From Octopus bimaculoides (taxonomy: Eukaryota): a stretch of DNA of 64,000 nucleotides. Below, piece after piece: positions 25,483 to 37,690 of the stretch. Numbering within the stretch: position 1 is the first letter of the stretch; each line of letters opens with the position of its first letter. Location: assembly GCF_001194135.2 (NCBI RefSeq), contig NC_069008.1:8275407-8339406 (forward strand), in the 5' to 3' direction. The position numbers were made by a program, and so were the translations under genes. Below the pieces are notes generated by a model, which was not told the origin of the DNA, searched no databases, and worked only from the letters and a program-made list of their open reading frames with translations.

Positions 25483-26901
25483 TATTTCAATATTTTTGCC
25501 ATAAAGGCATTACACAGAGGGGAACACTACAACACATGTGGGGACATATAACAATTATAAAATATATCATAAAATATGATATAATGAATGATACATGAAA
25601 ATGCACGTGAATAACAAATTAAAAATTTGATAAATGAATGATATCTGGAAATGATATTATGAAGAGTGTGCTACTCACCCCACACTGAGTGACACCACTC
25701 GCCGCCTCTGGGTCCTAAGTCCTTTTTCCCTTTCAGTTCAAACGTTTTTCCTCTTTCTCCATCACTTAATGATATCGTTCTCTCCCCCAAGCATTCATAT
25801 CCTTATTTTTCCGGAGGGAGGTCATCTAAATTTTGTGGTGTCTATTCTTTCTTTTTCTTTTTTTTTCTTGTGAGGAAATGGGGTGGGTGGGTTTGGTGTC
25901 TGTATGGGGTGGGTGGGTTTGGTGTCTGTATGGGGAGGGTGGGTCTGAGTGGTTTTGGGTGGGATGGAGTTGGACTGGGGTACCACATCATACTCAGTGT
26001 TTTTTTCTTTTTTTCCTACTCTCTGAAACTTTCTAGTCTTCCTCTTTTTCTCCTTTCCTCCGTCTGTCTGTTCTTCCTCTCTTTTCTCTTCCGTCTCCAC
26101 GACTGTGTCTTCAGCCATTGTCCTATGTAGGGGCAGTATGCTTTAATGTGGCCCTTTTGGCCACATTTAAAACGTGGTACTCTGCCCTCTACCCACACCC
26201 TCAGCACGATTTCCCCCAACATCACAGTCTCTGCCAAGTTCTCGAGATGACGCGACTCCGCTTGAATGATTAGTTCCAGTGTCTTTCCTTTCCATCCTCC
26301 TTCTTCCATTTCTGTGGCTTGGAGGGCAGCCACCTTCTCCTCACTTCCAACAAAGACAGCTGCCGCCACCCAAGCCACTTCTATATCCGGTGGAATTTCT
26401 TCTACTCTCACCTTGGAAGTCTTTCTTCCAAGGTATGTGGGCAGAAGCACTACCTCCTCTGTTTTCATCGCCAGCCTCCTCGCCTCCTCTACTGTTCTAA
26501 ATTGTACGACCATTGTGCCATATTTTCTTCCTTTCGTCATGTATATTATTTCTTTCGACTTCTCTCTTAGTGCTTTTTCCATTTCAGCTTCCACCTGCTC
26601 GACCTTTTTCCCTTTTAGCGAGAACACCTTATAGGTGATCGTTCTTCTTTCCATTCGCTCCATAATTCCTTTGGCGGGGGGCGACAGCTTCACTTCCCCT
26701 CCCACCTTCTCATATTCCTTCAGACCGGCCAAGTCCAACTCTCTTCACTTCATCTCCGTAACTTCAGCAAAACTCCTTGTCTTTTCCAACAATCCGTCCA
26801 TCTCTATGACTGCCCTTACCAGCTCCTACCTTGCTGAAGACAACTCAGACCCGCTAAAGTCTCAGTACATTGTCTCTATCCTCGAAGTAGCCAAAAACAC
26901 A
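25483..26901 (-). mobile_element. Gag/ORF1-like element with zinc knuckle, no ORF2 visible; 5' end hidden in gap
   Basis: RSFAEV motif near the N-terminus and (C)FKCGQKGHIKAYC CCHC knuckle with the first Cys lost. A charged/Pro-rich tail continues after a frameshift to about 25665, followed by about 180 nt of AT-rich UTR ending in AATAAA (25481-25486). Confidence 0.7.
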
Positions 26902-27537
26902 NNNNNNNNNNNNNNNNNNNNNNNNNNNNNNNNNNNNNNNNNNNNNNNNNNNNNNNNNNNNNNNNNNNNNNNNNNNNNNNNNNNNNNNNNNNNNNNNNNN
27001 NNNNNNNNNNNNNNNNNNNNNNNNNNNNNNNNNNNNNNNNNNNNNNNNNNNNNNNNNNNNNNNNNNNNNNNNNNNNNNNNNNNNNNNNNNNNNNNNNNNN
27101 NNNNNNNNNNNNNNNNNNNNNNNNNNNNNNNNNNNNNNNNNNNNNNNNNNNNNNNNNNNNNNNNNNNNNNNNNNNNNNNNNNNNNNNNNNNNNNNNNNNN
27201 NNNNNNNNNNNNNNNNNNNNNNNNNNNNNNNNNNNNNNNNNNNNNNNNNNNNNNNNNNNNNNNNNNNNNNNNNNNNNNNNNNNNNNNNNNNNNNNNNNNN
27301 NNNNNNNNNNNNNNNNNNNNNNNNNNNNNNNNNNNNNNNNNNNNNNNNNNNNNNNNNNNNNNNNNNNNNNNNNNNNNNNNNNNNNNNNNNNNNNNNNNNN
27401 NNNNNNNNNNNNNNNNNNNNNNNNNNNNNNNNNNNNNNNNNNNNNNNNNNNNNNNNNNNNNNNNNNNNNNNNNNNNNNNNNNNNNNNNNNNNNNNNNNNN
27501 NNNNNNTATATATATATATCTACCTCGCTAGGTAGCG

Positions 27538-27573
<36 letters not shown>

Positions 27574-27854
27574 GTCGAGAGATGTGTATCTTCGTATCTG
27601 TTTGCCTCCCATCACTACTTGACGACCGGTCCTTGTGTGTTTGCATTCCCATAACTTAGCGGTTCAATAAATGATATTGATAGGATAAGTACCAGGCTTA
27701 CAAAGAAGATAAGTACTGGGCTTGACTAGTTCAAAGAAGGGCAATTCGTCCATTCACTCCTTCGTTTATTTCTCTCAATGAAGCTCTTTTACATCACAGC
27801 TCAGACTTCACTTGTGAACACAAGCCACATCCTCTCCCACAAATATACATATTA

Positions 27855-27924
27855 TTATGATGATGATGATGATGATGGTGATGGTGATGGTGATGATGAT
27901 GATGATGACGATGACGATGACGAT

Positions 27925-27956
<32 letters not shown>

Positions 27957-27966
27957 TGACGATGAC

Positions 27967-28003
<37 letters not shown>
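27855..28003. repeat. Compound (GAT)/(GAC)/(GGT) trinucleotide microsatellite
   Basis: Direct reading. It is the source of the poly-Asp, poly-His and poly-Ser pseudo-ORFs. Confidence 0.95.
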
Positions 28004-28797
28004 CAAAAAGTGTCGTAAGTCTAAAACGTTGCTTTTTCGGAAAACGAAAAATATAGTTTCNNNNNNNNNNNNNNNNNNNNNNNNNNNNNNNNNNNNNNNN
28101 NNNNNNNNNNNNNNNNNNNNNNNNNNNNNNNNNNNNNNNNNNNNNNNNNNNNNNNNNNNNNNNNNNNNNNNNNNNNNNNNNNNNNNNNNNNNNNNNNNNN
28201 NNNNNNNNNNNNNNNNNNNNNNNNNNNNNNNNNNNNNNNNNNNNNNNNNNNNNNNNNNNNNNNNNNNNNNNNNNNNNNNNNNNNNNNNNNNNNNNNNNNN
28301 NNNNNNNNNNNNNNNNNNNNNNNNNNNNNNNNNNNNNNNNNNNNNNNNNNNNNNNNNNNNNNNNNNNNNNNNNNNNNNNNNNNNNNNNNNNNNNNNNNNN
28401 NNNNNNNNNNNNNNNNNNNNNNNNNNNNNNNNNNNNNNNNNNNNNNNNNNNNNNNNNNNNNNNNNNNNNNNNNNNNNNNNNNNNNNNNNNNNNNNNNNNN
28501 NNNNNNNNNNNNNNNNNNNNNNNNNNNNNNNNNNNNNNNNNNNNNNNNNNNNNNNNNNNNNNNNNNNNNNNNNNNNNNNNNNNNNNNNNNNNNNNNNNNN
28601 NNNNNNNNNNNNNNNNNNNNNNNNNNNNNNNNNNNNNNNNNNNNNNNNNNNNNNNNNNNNNNNNNNNNNNNNNNNNNNNNNNNNNNNNNNNNNNNNNNNN
28701 NNNNNNNNNNNNNNNNNNNNNNNNNNNNNNNNNNNNNNNNNNNNNNNNNNNNNNNNNNNNNNNNNNNNNNNNNNNNNNNNNNNNNNNNNNNNNNNNN

Positions 28798-29664
28798 TGC
28801 TGGGCAGCGGGCATTCAAAGCATCATACACTCACTGCAGTTGTTGAAGATAAAGGTTAACGTTCACAGCATGACCATTTGGGACAAGCTCAAAGTGCAAC
28901 GCCCCACTCAAAATTCCGTCCAACACACAACATGACCTTCTCTTCAAACCGCGTTTGTTTGACAACAAATTCTGAAGCCACTGATTTCTTTTGTTAGGAT
29001 TACGAAAGTAGATCCAGTGTTTATCTCCAATAACAATTCGACGCCAAAAACGGGTATCTCGAGGATTTGCAAATGTTCACACATCGTTGAGCCTGGTCAT
29101 TGGCCACACGTCAGTTGAGCCTGGTCATTGGTCATGAGGCACATCCTGAGATCGTCTCTTCACAAGGCCGAGCTTCTGGATGTTTCGTTTGATGGAACTT
29201 TGTGATGGACCAACTTCTGCCGACAATGCATGAGTGCTTGTGCTTGGCTACTGTTCAGCCATTTCAAGCAAGCCTTCTTTTTCCACAGCAGAAGTTCTCC
29301 CTGACTTTGGTTTGTCTTCGAGTCTGGTGTCACCTTCCTTGAAACGTCCGAACCAGTTTTGTGTTCCACGTTCGTTGACAGTTCCTGGGCCTTCCACATC
29401 ATTAATTTCTCTTGCTGCTGCCCCTGCACTCACCCATTTTCCCCACGGATAGCGTAAAATGGCTCTAACTACAATATTTTTCATCACTTCTTATCAAAGT
29501 TGTATAATAAAAAATAAACAGTTAATGTTTATTTGTTATAATCTATGAAAATAAGGAAGAAACAATTCAGCAACGATTGGTCAACAAGTTGTCTCAAATT
29601 AATGAGAGAAACAAGTTTGCAAAAATCACCAGTGAAAATCCGAAAAATCTTTTAACATAACCTC

Positions 29665-29665
<1 letters not shown>
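28798..29665 (-). mobile_element. Mariner transposase pseudogene (family A) with left end
   Basis: HTH region SAGAAAREINDVEGPGTVNERGTQNWFGRFKEGDTRLEDKPKSGR, first-D region RRIVIGDKHWIYFRNPNKRNQW, then KVMLCV and HFELVPNGHAVN. The terminus reads CGAGGTTATGTTAAAAG. The 3' part is lost in a gap. Confidence 0.9.
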
Positions 29666-29709
<44 letters not shown>

Positions 29710-30322
29710 NNNNNNNNNNNNNNTGTGTGTGTTGAACATCTATATAAAATATATATCGATATGCAACAGATGTAAAATATACGCGAATACATTTATGTAA
29801 ACAATGCGATTTAAACAATACTTACGTTCCAGCTGCTAGGAATGTGTGTAATATGTAAATTGATCAATTCAGTAGTATTACACCGCTAAACTTAATAGGT
29901 ATTTAAGCAATGCGTTCGTGGATAGTTGATGACGCTGATGGAAGAGCAATAACACTTGAAATATGCATATACACTCATTGCCTATTTTTTTCTTCGATCG
30001 CATTGTTTACATAAACGTAATTGTATACGAAACATCGTGATTTTCAGTGATGGCTCTGAATTCTATATAAAATCTATAGAGATAAACTTTTTAAAGAATG
30101 AAAACAACACACTACAATTACAAAAGTAGGGCACAATATTGACTTGTAAACCTGTAATGTATTTGGTAGTATATTAGAGTTGCAAACGAAATACTGTGTC
30201 CTTGCTAACAATTAATATAAAATATAGGGCGAAGTTGTGCCATAAGCATCCTATTTTATAAAAGAGTTCATAAATTCAGTTTTTTTTCACATATTCCATC
30301 TCTTCCCTTTCACCATAATCAC

Positions 30323-30383
30323 AACCTTAAACCCTAATTTGAACCTTAAACTCTAAACATTGACCCCAAACACTAACCCTAAC
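30323..30383 (-). repeat. Second degenerate telomere-like array (CCCTAA/CCTTAA variants on +)
   Basis: AACCTTAAACCCTAA...CACTAACCCTAAC, flanked by GAAAAGACTC. The reverse complement of this flank resembles the GAGTCATTTTC upstream of the 14.7-kb array. Confidence 0.55.
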
Positions 30384-32685
30384 ATGAAAAGACTCAATTT
30401 TAAAGGCTTAATTTTTGCAAAATAAAGAAAATTTCAGATGAAAAAGAGTTAATATGTATAAAAATATACTGTTTAATATAGTCGCAGGTAAGGTGGTGAG
30501 CTGACAGAATCGTTACTGCACCGGGAAAATTGCTCAGTGACATTTCTTCCGACTTGTTGGCTTTGTCTTTCATCCTTTTGAAGTCAATAAAATAATTACT
30601 AGTTGAACACTGAGGCCAATGTAATCGACTTGCCCCCTCTCCCGAAATTGCTGGCCTTATACCAAAATATGAAATCAATACAGGCACAGATATAGCTGTT
30701 TAATAAGAAAGTCATTTTTCTATCATCTAATTTCAAATTCATTCCTGATACGTAGCATGTTGAACAAGTGTTTTCTACTGTGATTTTAAGTCGGTTAATA
30801 CCTCTTTCATATCTCTTTTTTACTTTATTTTTCAGGCTGTAATGATATTTCTAATTTTGTCTAGTTTACTTCTTTATATTTCTTGTTATCGTCTTTTCCA
30901 GCATAGTCGATATAGTATAAAATGTAAACACGTACTCTAAACATTCAACCATCATCACTATCTTTCCTGTTGCATTTCACATGGAAATTCAGGTCCTCCA
31001 AAATTGTCTTGGTGTGTAAGTCAACCTGCCCCCTTTTTTTTTCTTTTGGCTGTAAATATTCACTAGAAAAATTTGATTTGTATAGCATGACTGAAAATGG
31101 AACATATTACCCAGAGACAAATTATATCCAGTGCACAAAAGACCTTGCAATCTGTGCACAATGGGGAACTCCGAAATCTTTTCTATTAAAGTTCCTATCT
31201 TTCACAAACACTCAGAATTAATTTCCTTTTTCTGGAACAAAATATTTAAATTCATTATTAGCAACAGAAGTAGTATTAGTGAAGAATAACAAACTGTAGG
31301 TCTTACTTAACATGGATACACTGTAAGAAAACCACAATACTGTGGTTTTTATCTTGAGAATGTACAGAGGTATCAACAGCAAACGGAAAAAATCCAACTG
31401 TGGTGGAGGAATTGCTAGATCCTGAGATCTATTTTTGCACATCATCAGTAGTATCGATTCAACTAAAATATTTCAGGACTTTAACCCTCTCCGAATTTGA
31501 AGCCACCTTTTCATCTGAGTTCCAGTGTCTACCGTCTCCTATTTCTACTGAGTTCCAATTTAGCCGAGTTCATCTGTCATCTCCTTTACTACTTGATACC
31601 ATAATTACTTCCCTTACATTTTTTACTGTCATTCTTCACATACATCTGTTTATTTATATATAACTGTTTTATACGTCTTTGGTATGACTAAACTGCATCT
31701 GACAGTGGGACCCTGGCTTGAGAGTCCCCAGGTTTTGAAGAGAATAGAACCACCTCTGAGCCATTATTGTTCTTAGGTGTACTCTGACCTGGAGTAGCAG
31801 CACTTATCAGGATCCCAGCTGGGGGCTAATTTGCTTGTAAATAGAGGTCAGCTGTGGATATGGGAATAAACAGCCCCAGATCAAATCATGGGTGGCTCCT
31901 TGGAAAGGCCTAACATCTAGTAACCACCTAAGCCAAGGTAGACTGAAATCACTGGATGCTGCAGCATGGTGGATCTGAACTACTTTGTCAGATGAAATTG
32001 TTGAATCAATGGTGAATATCCTTAGATGCTGAGCGGATGAACAAACAACAAACTGTCAACAGACTTCTGCTAGCATCTGTAGTCATGGTGTGAGCAGATG
32101 AGACATTCAGCAATCGAAAGTCCCAATATGATTTATTATTGGTCAGGGCAAGTCACATGACTGGGTGCCAATGATATATTTACAGGCACTTCTCTTACAA
32201 TTATATCACATAGACACAGACATGGGTATGTGGTAAGGAGCTTGCTTCCAAACCACATGGTTCCAGGTTCAGTTCCACTGCATGGCATCTTGGGAAAGTG
32301 TCTTCTACTATCGCCTAGGGCTGACCAAAGCCTTTGTGAGTGGATTTGGTAGATGGAAACTGAAAGAAGCCCATCGTGTGTATATATATATATATATATN
32401 NNNNNNNNNNNNNNNNNNNNNNNNNNNNNNNNNNNNNNNNNNNNNNNNNNNNNNNNNNNNNNNNNNNNNNNNNNNNNNNNNNNNNNNNNNNNNNNNNNNN
32501 NNNNNNNNNNNNNNNNNNNNNNNNNNNNNNNNNNNNNNNNNNNNNNNNNNNNNNNNNNNNNNNNNNNNNNNNNNNNNNNNNNNNNNNNNNNNNNNNNNNN
32601 NNNNNNNNNNNNNNNNNNNNNNNNNNNNNNNNNNNNNNNNNNNNNNNNNNNNNNNNNNNNNNNNNNNNNNNNNNNTGTATATATA

Positions 32686-32842
32686 CACTCTCTGAGTGGT
32701 TGGCGTTAGGAAGGGCATCCAGCTGTAGAAACTCTGCCAAATCAGATTGGCGCCTGGTGTTGCCATCCGGTTGCACCAGTCCTCAGTCAAATCGTCCAAC
32801 CCATGCTAGCATGGAAAGCGGACGTTAAACGATGATGATGAT
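32686..32842 (+). mobile_element. SINE/LINE-tail family B ending in (GAT)n; other copies about 1575-1800, 2625-2785(-), 37400-37500, 44575-44775, 50930-51320(-)
   Basis: GTTAGGAAGGGCATCCAGCTGTAGAAAC...CATGGAAAGCGGACGTTAAACGATGATGAT. Confidence 0.8.
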
Positions 32843-33845
32843 ATATATGTATTTGTGTGTCTGTGTTTGTCCCTCCACCATCGCTTGACAACTGATGTTG
32901 GTGTGTTTACATCCCCATAACTTAGCGGTTCAGTAAAAGAGACTGATAGAATAAGTACTAGGCTTACAAAGAATAAGTCCTGGGGTTGGTTTGACTAAAA
33001 AAAAAGTCTTCAAGGTGGTGCTCCAGCATGGTCGCAGTCAAAACGACTGAACCAAGTAAAAGAATAAAAGATTATAAACATAATTCCTTTTTTTTTAATG
33101 CATTTTGTTTGTTTAATTATATTGCATTATCTTTTTAGTGAAGGCATGTGGATATGAGGTTTAGGTATTTGGCTCACAATCATAAGGTCATGAGTTCGAT
33201 ACCCAGTGGAGCATTATGCCCTTGAACAAGACACTTTATTTTGCTCTGCCCAGTCACATCAGCTGGCAAAACTGAGTAGTACCTATATTTCAAAGGGCCA
33301 GCCTTGTCCCATTCCGTGTCATACTGAATCTTCCTGAAAACTACATTGAGGTTACATGTATCTGTGGAGCACTCAGCCACACACACGTTAATTTCATGAG
33401 CAAGCTGTTCCATTGCTTGGGTCAGATGGGACATTCATTGTCATAAACAAAGGAGTGCCAGCAATTATTTTTTAAAAATCTAATTGTTTATCTTTATTTT
33501 TTATTTATTTATTTTTAAGGATATATATTCTTCCATCCTGTATTTAATCTCCATGAGCATAATCCTTTACTTAACTAAGATAATCCTGCAATCCCCTCTT
33601 GCTCCAGCTCATGTGTGCCTATTATATCTTTAGATGTAACTTCTCATATAGCTGTATTTATTAATATATAATTCTTTCATATACATTTTCTTTTTTTACT
33701 AGTTTCAGTCATTGGACTGCAGCCATGCTGTAGAACCAACTTGACAAAAAGTGGCCAGAAAATCTCTACAAAGAACCGAAACCTGTACTTCTCAAATTCT
33801 GGCTGAACACTCTGTGCCATTACACTAAGAGCCCACGCCTTTATA

Positions 33846-34930
33846 TTGCATTGGCCAAAAGTCCGTTCAGTTTTTTAAGTGGCAACAAGGTACAAGTTTT
33901 AAACACAAAGTGATTTATTCAATCAATGATATAGTTACAGTTTTGTTCCAGTTTCCACTGTAATGTAGTGGACAAATCCATTATTGCTTACTCAAAAGAT
34001 TTCCTGTTTTACTAGTGGAAACACTTTCAGGTGAATTTTTACATCCTCTTCTGAGTTCTTTGTGGGAAAAGAACTCTGAAGAGGGTGGCACTATCATGTT
34101 CCTGACAAAGAACTGCATGTGCACAAGCATCAGCCCAAAGTCTTCCACCTCACAGCTATCTGTTGCATGTGATGGTACAGACATGTTCTCTGTCTCCCAC
34201 TAGATCATCTTACCAGGGCTTTACTCTCATTCGATGTAGCAGCTACAGGCTGGAAGAGACTTTGTGGCAGGCCTCAGCACCAGATGGCTGGATGTGATTG
34301 AGGAAGATCTCTGGAGCTTGACATCACCTCGGGATATGCAGAGGGATTAGCATGGGACCACTACACATGTCATCATGTGTAGAATACGATGACATTTCTG
34401 AACGCACTATCTTAGAATGACCCCAACCCCATCAAGCAACAGCATGAAACCAAGCCAAGCCTTCAAAGTTGAAGGTCTGCCCGTTCAATGAATTTTGAAG
34501 AGGGCAAAACAATGTAGAGATGGAAGATCGACCTTAGATGGAGAATGCAGCAAAATTTCCCAGCCAAGAAGTGTGGGGTTTGGCATTGCCATCATGAAAG
34601 ACAATATTCTTACAAATAGCAAGTTTTGAATGCTTCTAGTAGATCACTGTGCTTGATTTGCCCAGCTGTTTATCGTACACATTTGAACTGATTGTGCTGT
34701 CCATGAGAAAAAGCTCATAAAAGACAACACCCATCCAATCCTATCAAATTGAAAGTATAACCTTCTTCAAGTGAAATCCTGCTTGAGAGGTTGTTTGCTG
34801 TGGTTTACCTCACTTCCCCCCATTGTTGACATTATTATAGATGGTTCATATTTTTGATCCATGTCACCATTCTCTTAAAAAAAAAAAAGGATCGTTTTCT
34901 TCGCATTTCTGCGACAAATTGCAGATAGAA
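33846..34930 (-). mobile_element. Second mariner remnant (family B), split by a LINE insertion
   Basis: RMVT(W)..., KKVILSI..DWMGVVFYEL, NAKPHTS, GWEILLHSP and a C-terminal EQNCNYII. TIR-like TTGCATTGGCCAAAAGTCCGTTC after TA at 33844-33845. Confidence 0.75.
34047..34461 (+). mobile_element. LINE (RTE/L2-type) 3' fragment nested in mariner B
   Basis: Degenerate post-RT motifs (WKRLCGRPQHQMAG/GRPxTRWxD-like) and a (CCAAG)n tail. Removing it restores contiguous mariner sequence TTTTTACATCC|TTCAAAGTT. Confidence 0.6.
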
Positions 34931-35206
34931 ATCATTAATTTCTCTTGCTGCTGCCCTTGCACTCACCCATTTCCCCCACAGATAGCGTAAAATGGCTCTA
35001 ACTACAATATTTTTCATCACTTCTTATCAAAGTCGTATAATAAAAAACAAACAGTTGATGTTTATTTGTTATAATCTATGAAAATAAGGAAGAAACAATT
35101 CAGCAACGATTGGTCAACAAGTTGTCTCAAATTAATGAGAGAAACAAGTTTGCAAAAATCACCAGTGAAAATTCGAAAAATCTTTTGACTCAACCTTGAG
35201 TGTGCC

Positions 35207-35240
<34 letters not shown>

Positions 35241-35495
35241 TGTGCGTGTGTGTGTGTGTGTGTTGAACATCTATATAAAATATATATCGATATGCAACAG
35301 ATGTAAAATATACGCGAATACATTTATGTAAACAATGCGATTTAAACAATACTTACGTTCCAGCTGCTAGGAATGTGTGTAATATGTAAATTGATCAATC
35401 CAGTAGTATTACACCGCTAAACTTAATAGGTATTTAAGCAATGCGTTCGTGGATAGCTGATGGTGCTGATGGAAGAGCAATAACACTTGAAATAT
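34931..35495 (+). repeat. Local duplicate of 29398-29964 (mariner A 5' end + (GT)n + about 250 bp of flank)
   Basis: Near-identical sequence from ATCATTAATTTCTC to ACACTTGAAATAT, including DNA outside the transposon terminus. Confidence 0.92.
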
Positions 35496-35510
35496 TCCAT
35501 ATATATATAT

Positions 35511-36054
35511 AAAACCTCATGAAGGAAAAATTTATTAATTATTCCCCATAAATATATTTATTTATTTATATTAAGGGCATTACTATACATAAATGCCTCA
35601 CGCTAGGAGGGACTCTTAAAGTTAAAACTAAATTTAACTGGAATATATTCAATACTGAATTTTATTCTGAGATGCAATTCGAAAAGCCCGCCTCTTACAT
35701 AGATATATAGGTGTAAGCAATTTCTATCTACTATGCTGGATACATGTGGTGTTTGTCTGGTATGTTGATTTTTGTTTATTTTTATATGTCTTGACAATGC
35801 TTGTACTGATGAGAAAAGAGTGTGTCTTGTGCACTAATTTCGAAATCATCTGATATACAGCTGAGTCTGGTTTTAGGAGGCTCGCATTCAGAGTTGCATC
35901 CCCTCGCGTTCGGTACTATGTGTTTATTATGGTAGTTTTAACTTTAAGAGTCCATCCTAGCGTGAGGCATGTATGTATAGTAATGCCCTTAATATAAATA
36001 GATATATATATTTATAGGGAATAATTAATAAATTTTTCCCTTATGAGGTTTTTT
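35511..36054 (+). mobile_element. Foldback element with about 120-bp inverted termini enclosing a hammerhead ribozyme (Penelope-like pLTR derivative?)
   Basis: 35511-35629 is the reverse complement of about 35934-36054 (AAAACCTCAT...AAGGGCATTACTATACAT...CCTCACGCTAGGA.GGACTCTTAAAGTTAAAACTA). The hammerhead lies at 35799-35861. Confidence 0.7.
35799..35861 (+). ncRNA. Type I hammerhead ribozyme, apparently intact
   Basis: GCUUGUA (35799-35805) - CUGAUGA (35806-35812) - stem II closed by G35813-C35841 - GAAA (35842-35845) - stem III AUC/GAU with a 4-nt loop - A35855 (AUA triplet) - UACAGC pairing with the 5' strand (one bulge). Confidence 0.75.
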
Positions 36055-36933
36055 CATGCTAACTACTTGATAAATTCTTATAAAAATTTTATCCTATATT
36101 TAAATCATATATATATATATATATATATANNNNNNNNNNNNNNNNNNNNNNNNNNNNNNNNNNNNNNNNNNNNNNNNNNNNNNNNNNNNNNNNNNNNNNN
36201 NNNNNNNNNNNNNNNNNNNNNNNNNNNNNNNNNNNNNNNNNNNNNNNNNNNNNNNNNNNNNNNNNNNNNNNNNNNNNNNNNNNNNNNNNNNNNNNNNNNN
36301 NNNNNNNNNNNNNNNNNNNNNNNNNNNNNNNNNNNNNNNNNNNNNNNNNNNNNNNNNNNNNNNNNNNNNNNNNNNNNNNNNNNNNNNNNNNNNNNNNNNN
36401 NNNNNNNNNNNNNNNNNNNNNNNNNNNNNNNNNNNNNNNNNNNNNNNNNNNNNNNNNNNNNNNNNNNNNNNNNNNNNNNNNNNNNNNNNNNNNNNNNNNN
36501 NNNNNNNNNNNNNNNNNNNNNNNNNNNNNNNNNNNNNNNNNNNNNNNNNNNNNNNNNNNNNNNNNNNNNNNNNNNNNNNNNNNNNNNNNNNNNNNNNNNN
36601 NNNNNNNNNNNNNNNNNNNNNNNNNNNNNNNNNNNNNNNNNNNNNNNNNNNNNNNNNNNNNNNNNNNNNNNNNNNNNNNNNNNNNNNNNNNNNNNNNNNN
36701 NNNNNNNNNNNNNNNNNNNNNNNNNNNNNNNNNNNNNNNNNNNNNNNNNNNNNNNNNNNNNNNNNNNNNNNNNNNNNNNNNNNNNNNNNNNNNNNNNNNN
36801 NNNNNNNNNNNNNNNNNNNNNNNNNNNNNNNNNNNNNNNNNNNNNNNNNNNNNNNNNNNNNNNNNNNNNNNNNNNNNNNNNNNNNNNNNNNNNNNNNNNN
36901 NNNNNNNNNNNNNNNNNNNNNNNNNNNNNNNTA

Positions 36934-36964
<31 letters not shown>

Positions 36965-37649
36965 TTATATGTTTGTATTTATCTGTGTCTCTTTGTTTTT
37001 GTCCCACCCCCACCACTTAACAACCAGTGTTGGTTTGTTTAAACCCCTGTAACTTAGCAGTTCAACAAAATAGATGATAGGATAAGTAGCAGGCTTTAAA
37101 ATAGTGAGTAATGAAGTTGATTTATTCAACCAAACCCCCTTTAAAGATTACAGCATGGCCACAGTCCAATGGTTGAAACAATTACAAGATAGAAGGTAAT
37201 GACTCCCTCCATATCTTGAATGAATTCTATTACTCTGACTAAATTTCATTAGCGTCAAGCTTAGTTAATGCCCTTCACCTTAATTTGTCCTTGTCTCTAA
37301 TGGAAGTAAATTTGTTGAGAAATATTCTGTCAATACCTTTTTTCATTTTTCAGTGCAGCCAGCACACTGTTAAGAAACCATGCCACAACACACAGTTGAG
37401 GTCAGGACAGCTCTCAGCTGGTCAGCTCCATGTCAAACCATTCAACCCATACCAGCATGGAAAGCAGATGTTAAACGACGGTGATGATGAGGATGATGAG
37501 GCACGGCTATGTGGCAAGAAGCTTGCTTCCCAGCCACATGGTTCTGGGTTCAGTCCTACTGCATGGCAACTTGGGCGAGTGTCATCTACTATAGCCTATT
37601 TTCATACCTATTTTCATACTTATTGTTTTCCCATTTTTTACACTAACAA

Positions 37650-37690
<41 letters not shown>

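Noticed and set aside
27778-28056. Poly-Asp/His/Ser and YIYI/CVCV/THTH/ERER ORFs here and throughout
   Set aside because: Translations of simple repeats, with no splice or homology support.
30981-31221. Plus-strand spliced peptide MEIQVLQNCLGV-MTENGTYYPETNYIQCTKDL with a faint resemblance to the Timeless N-terminus (70-nt intron 31016-31085)
   Set aside because: The similarity stops after KDL, there is no good donor before the stop at 31221, and no downstream Timeless exons were found.
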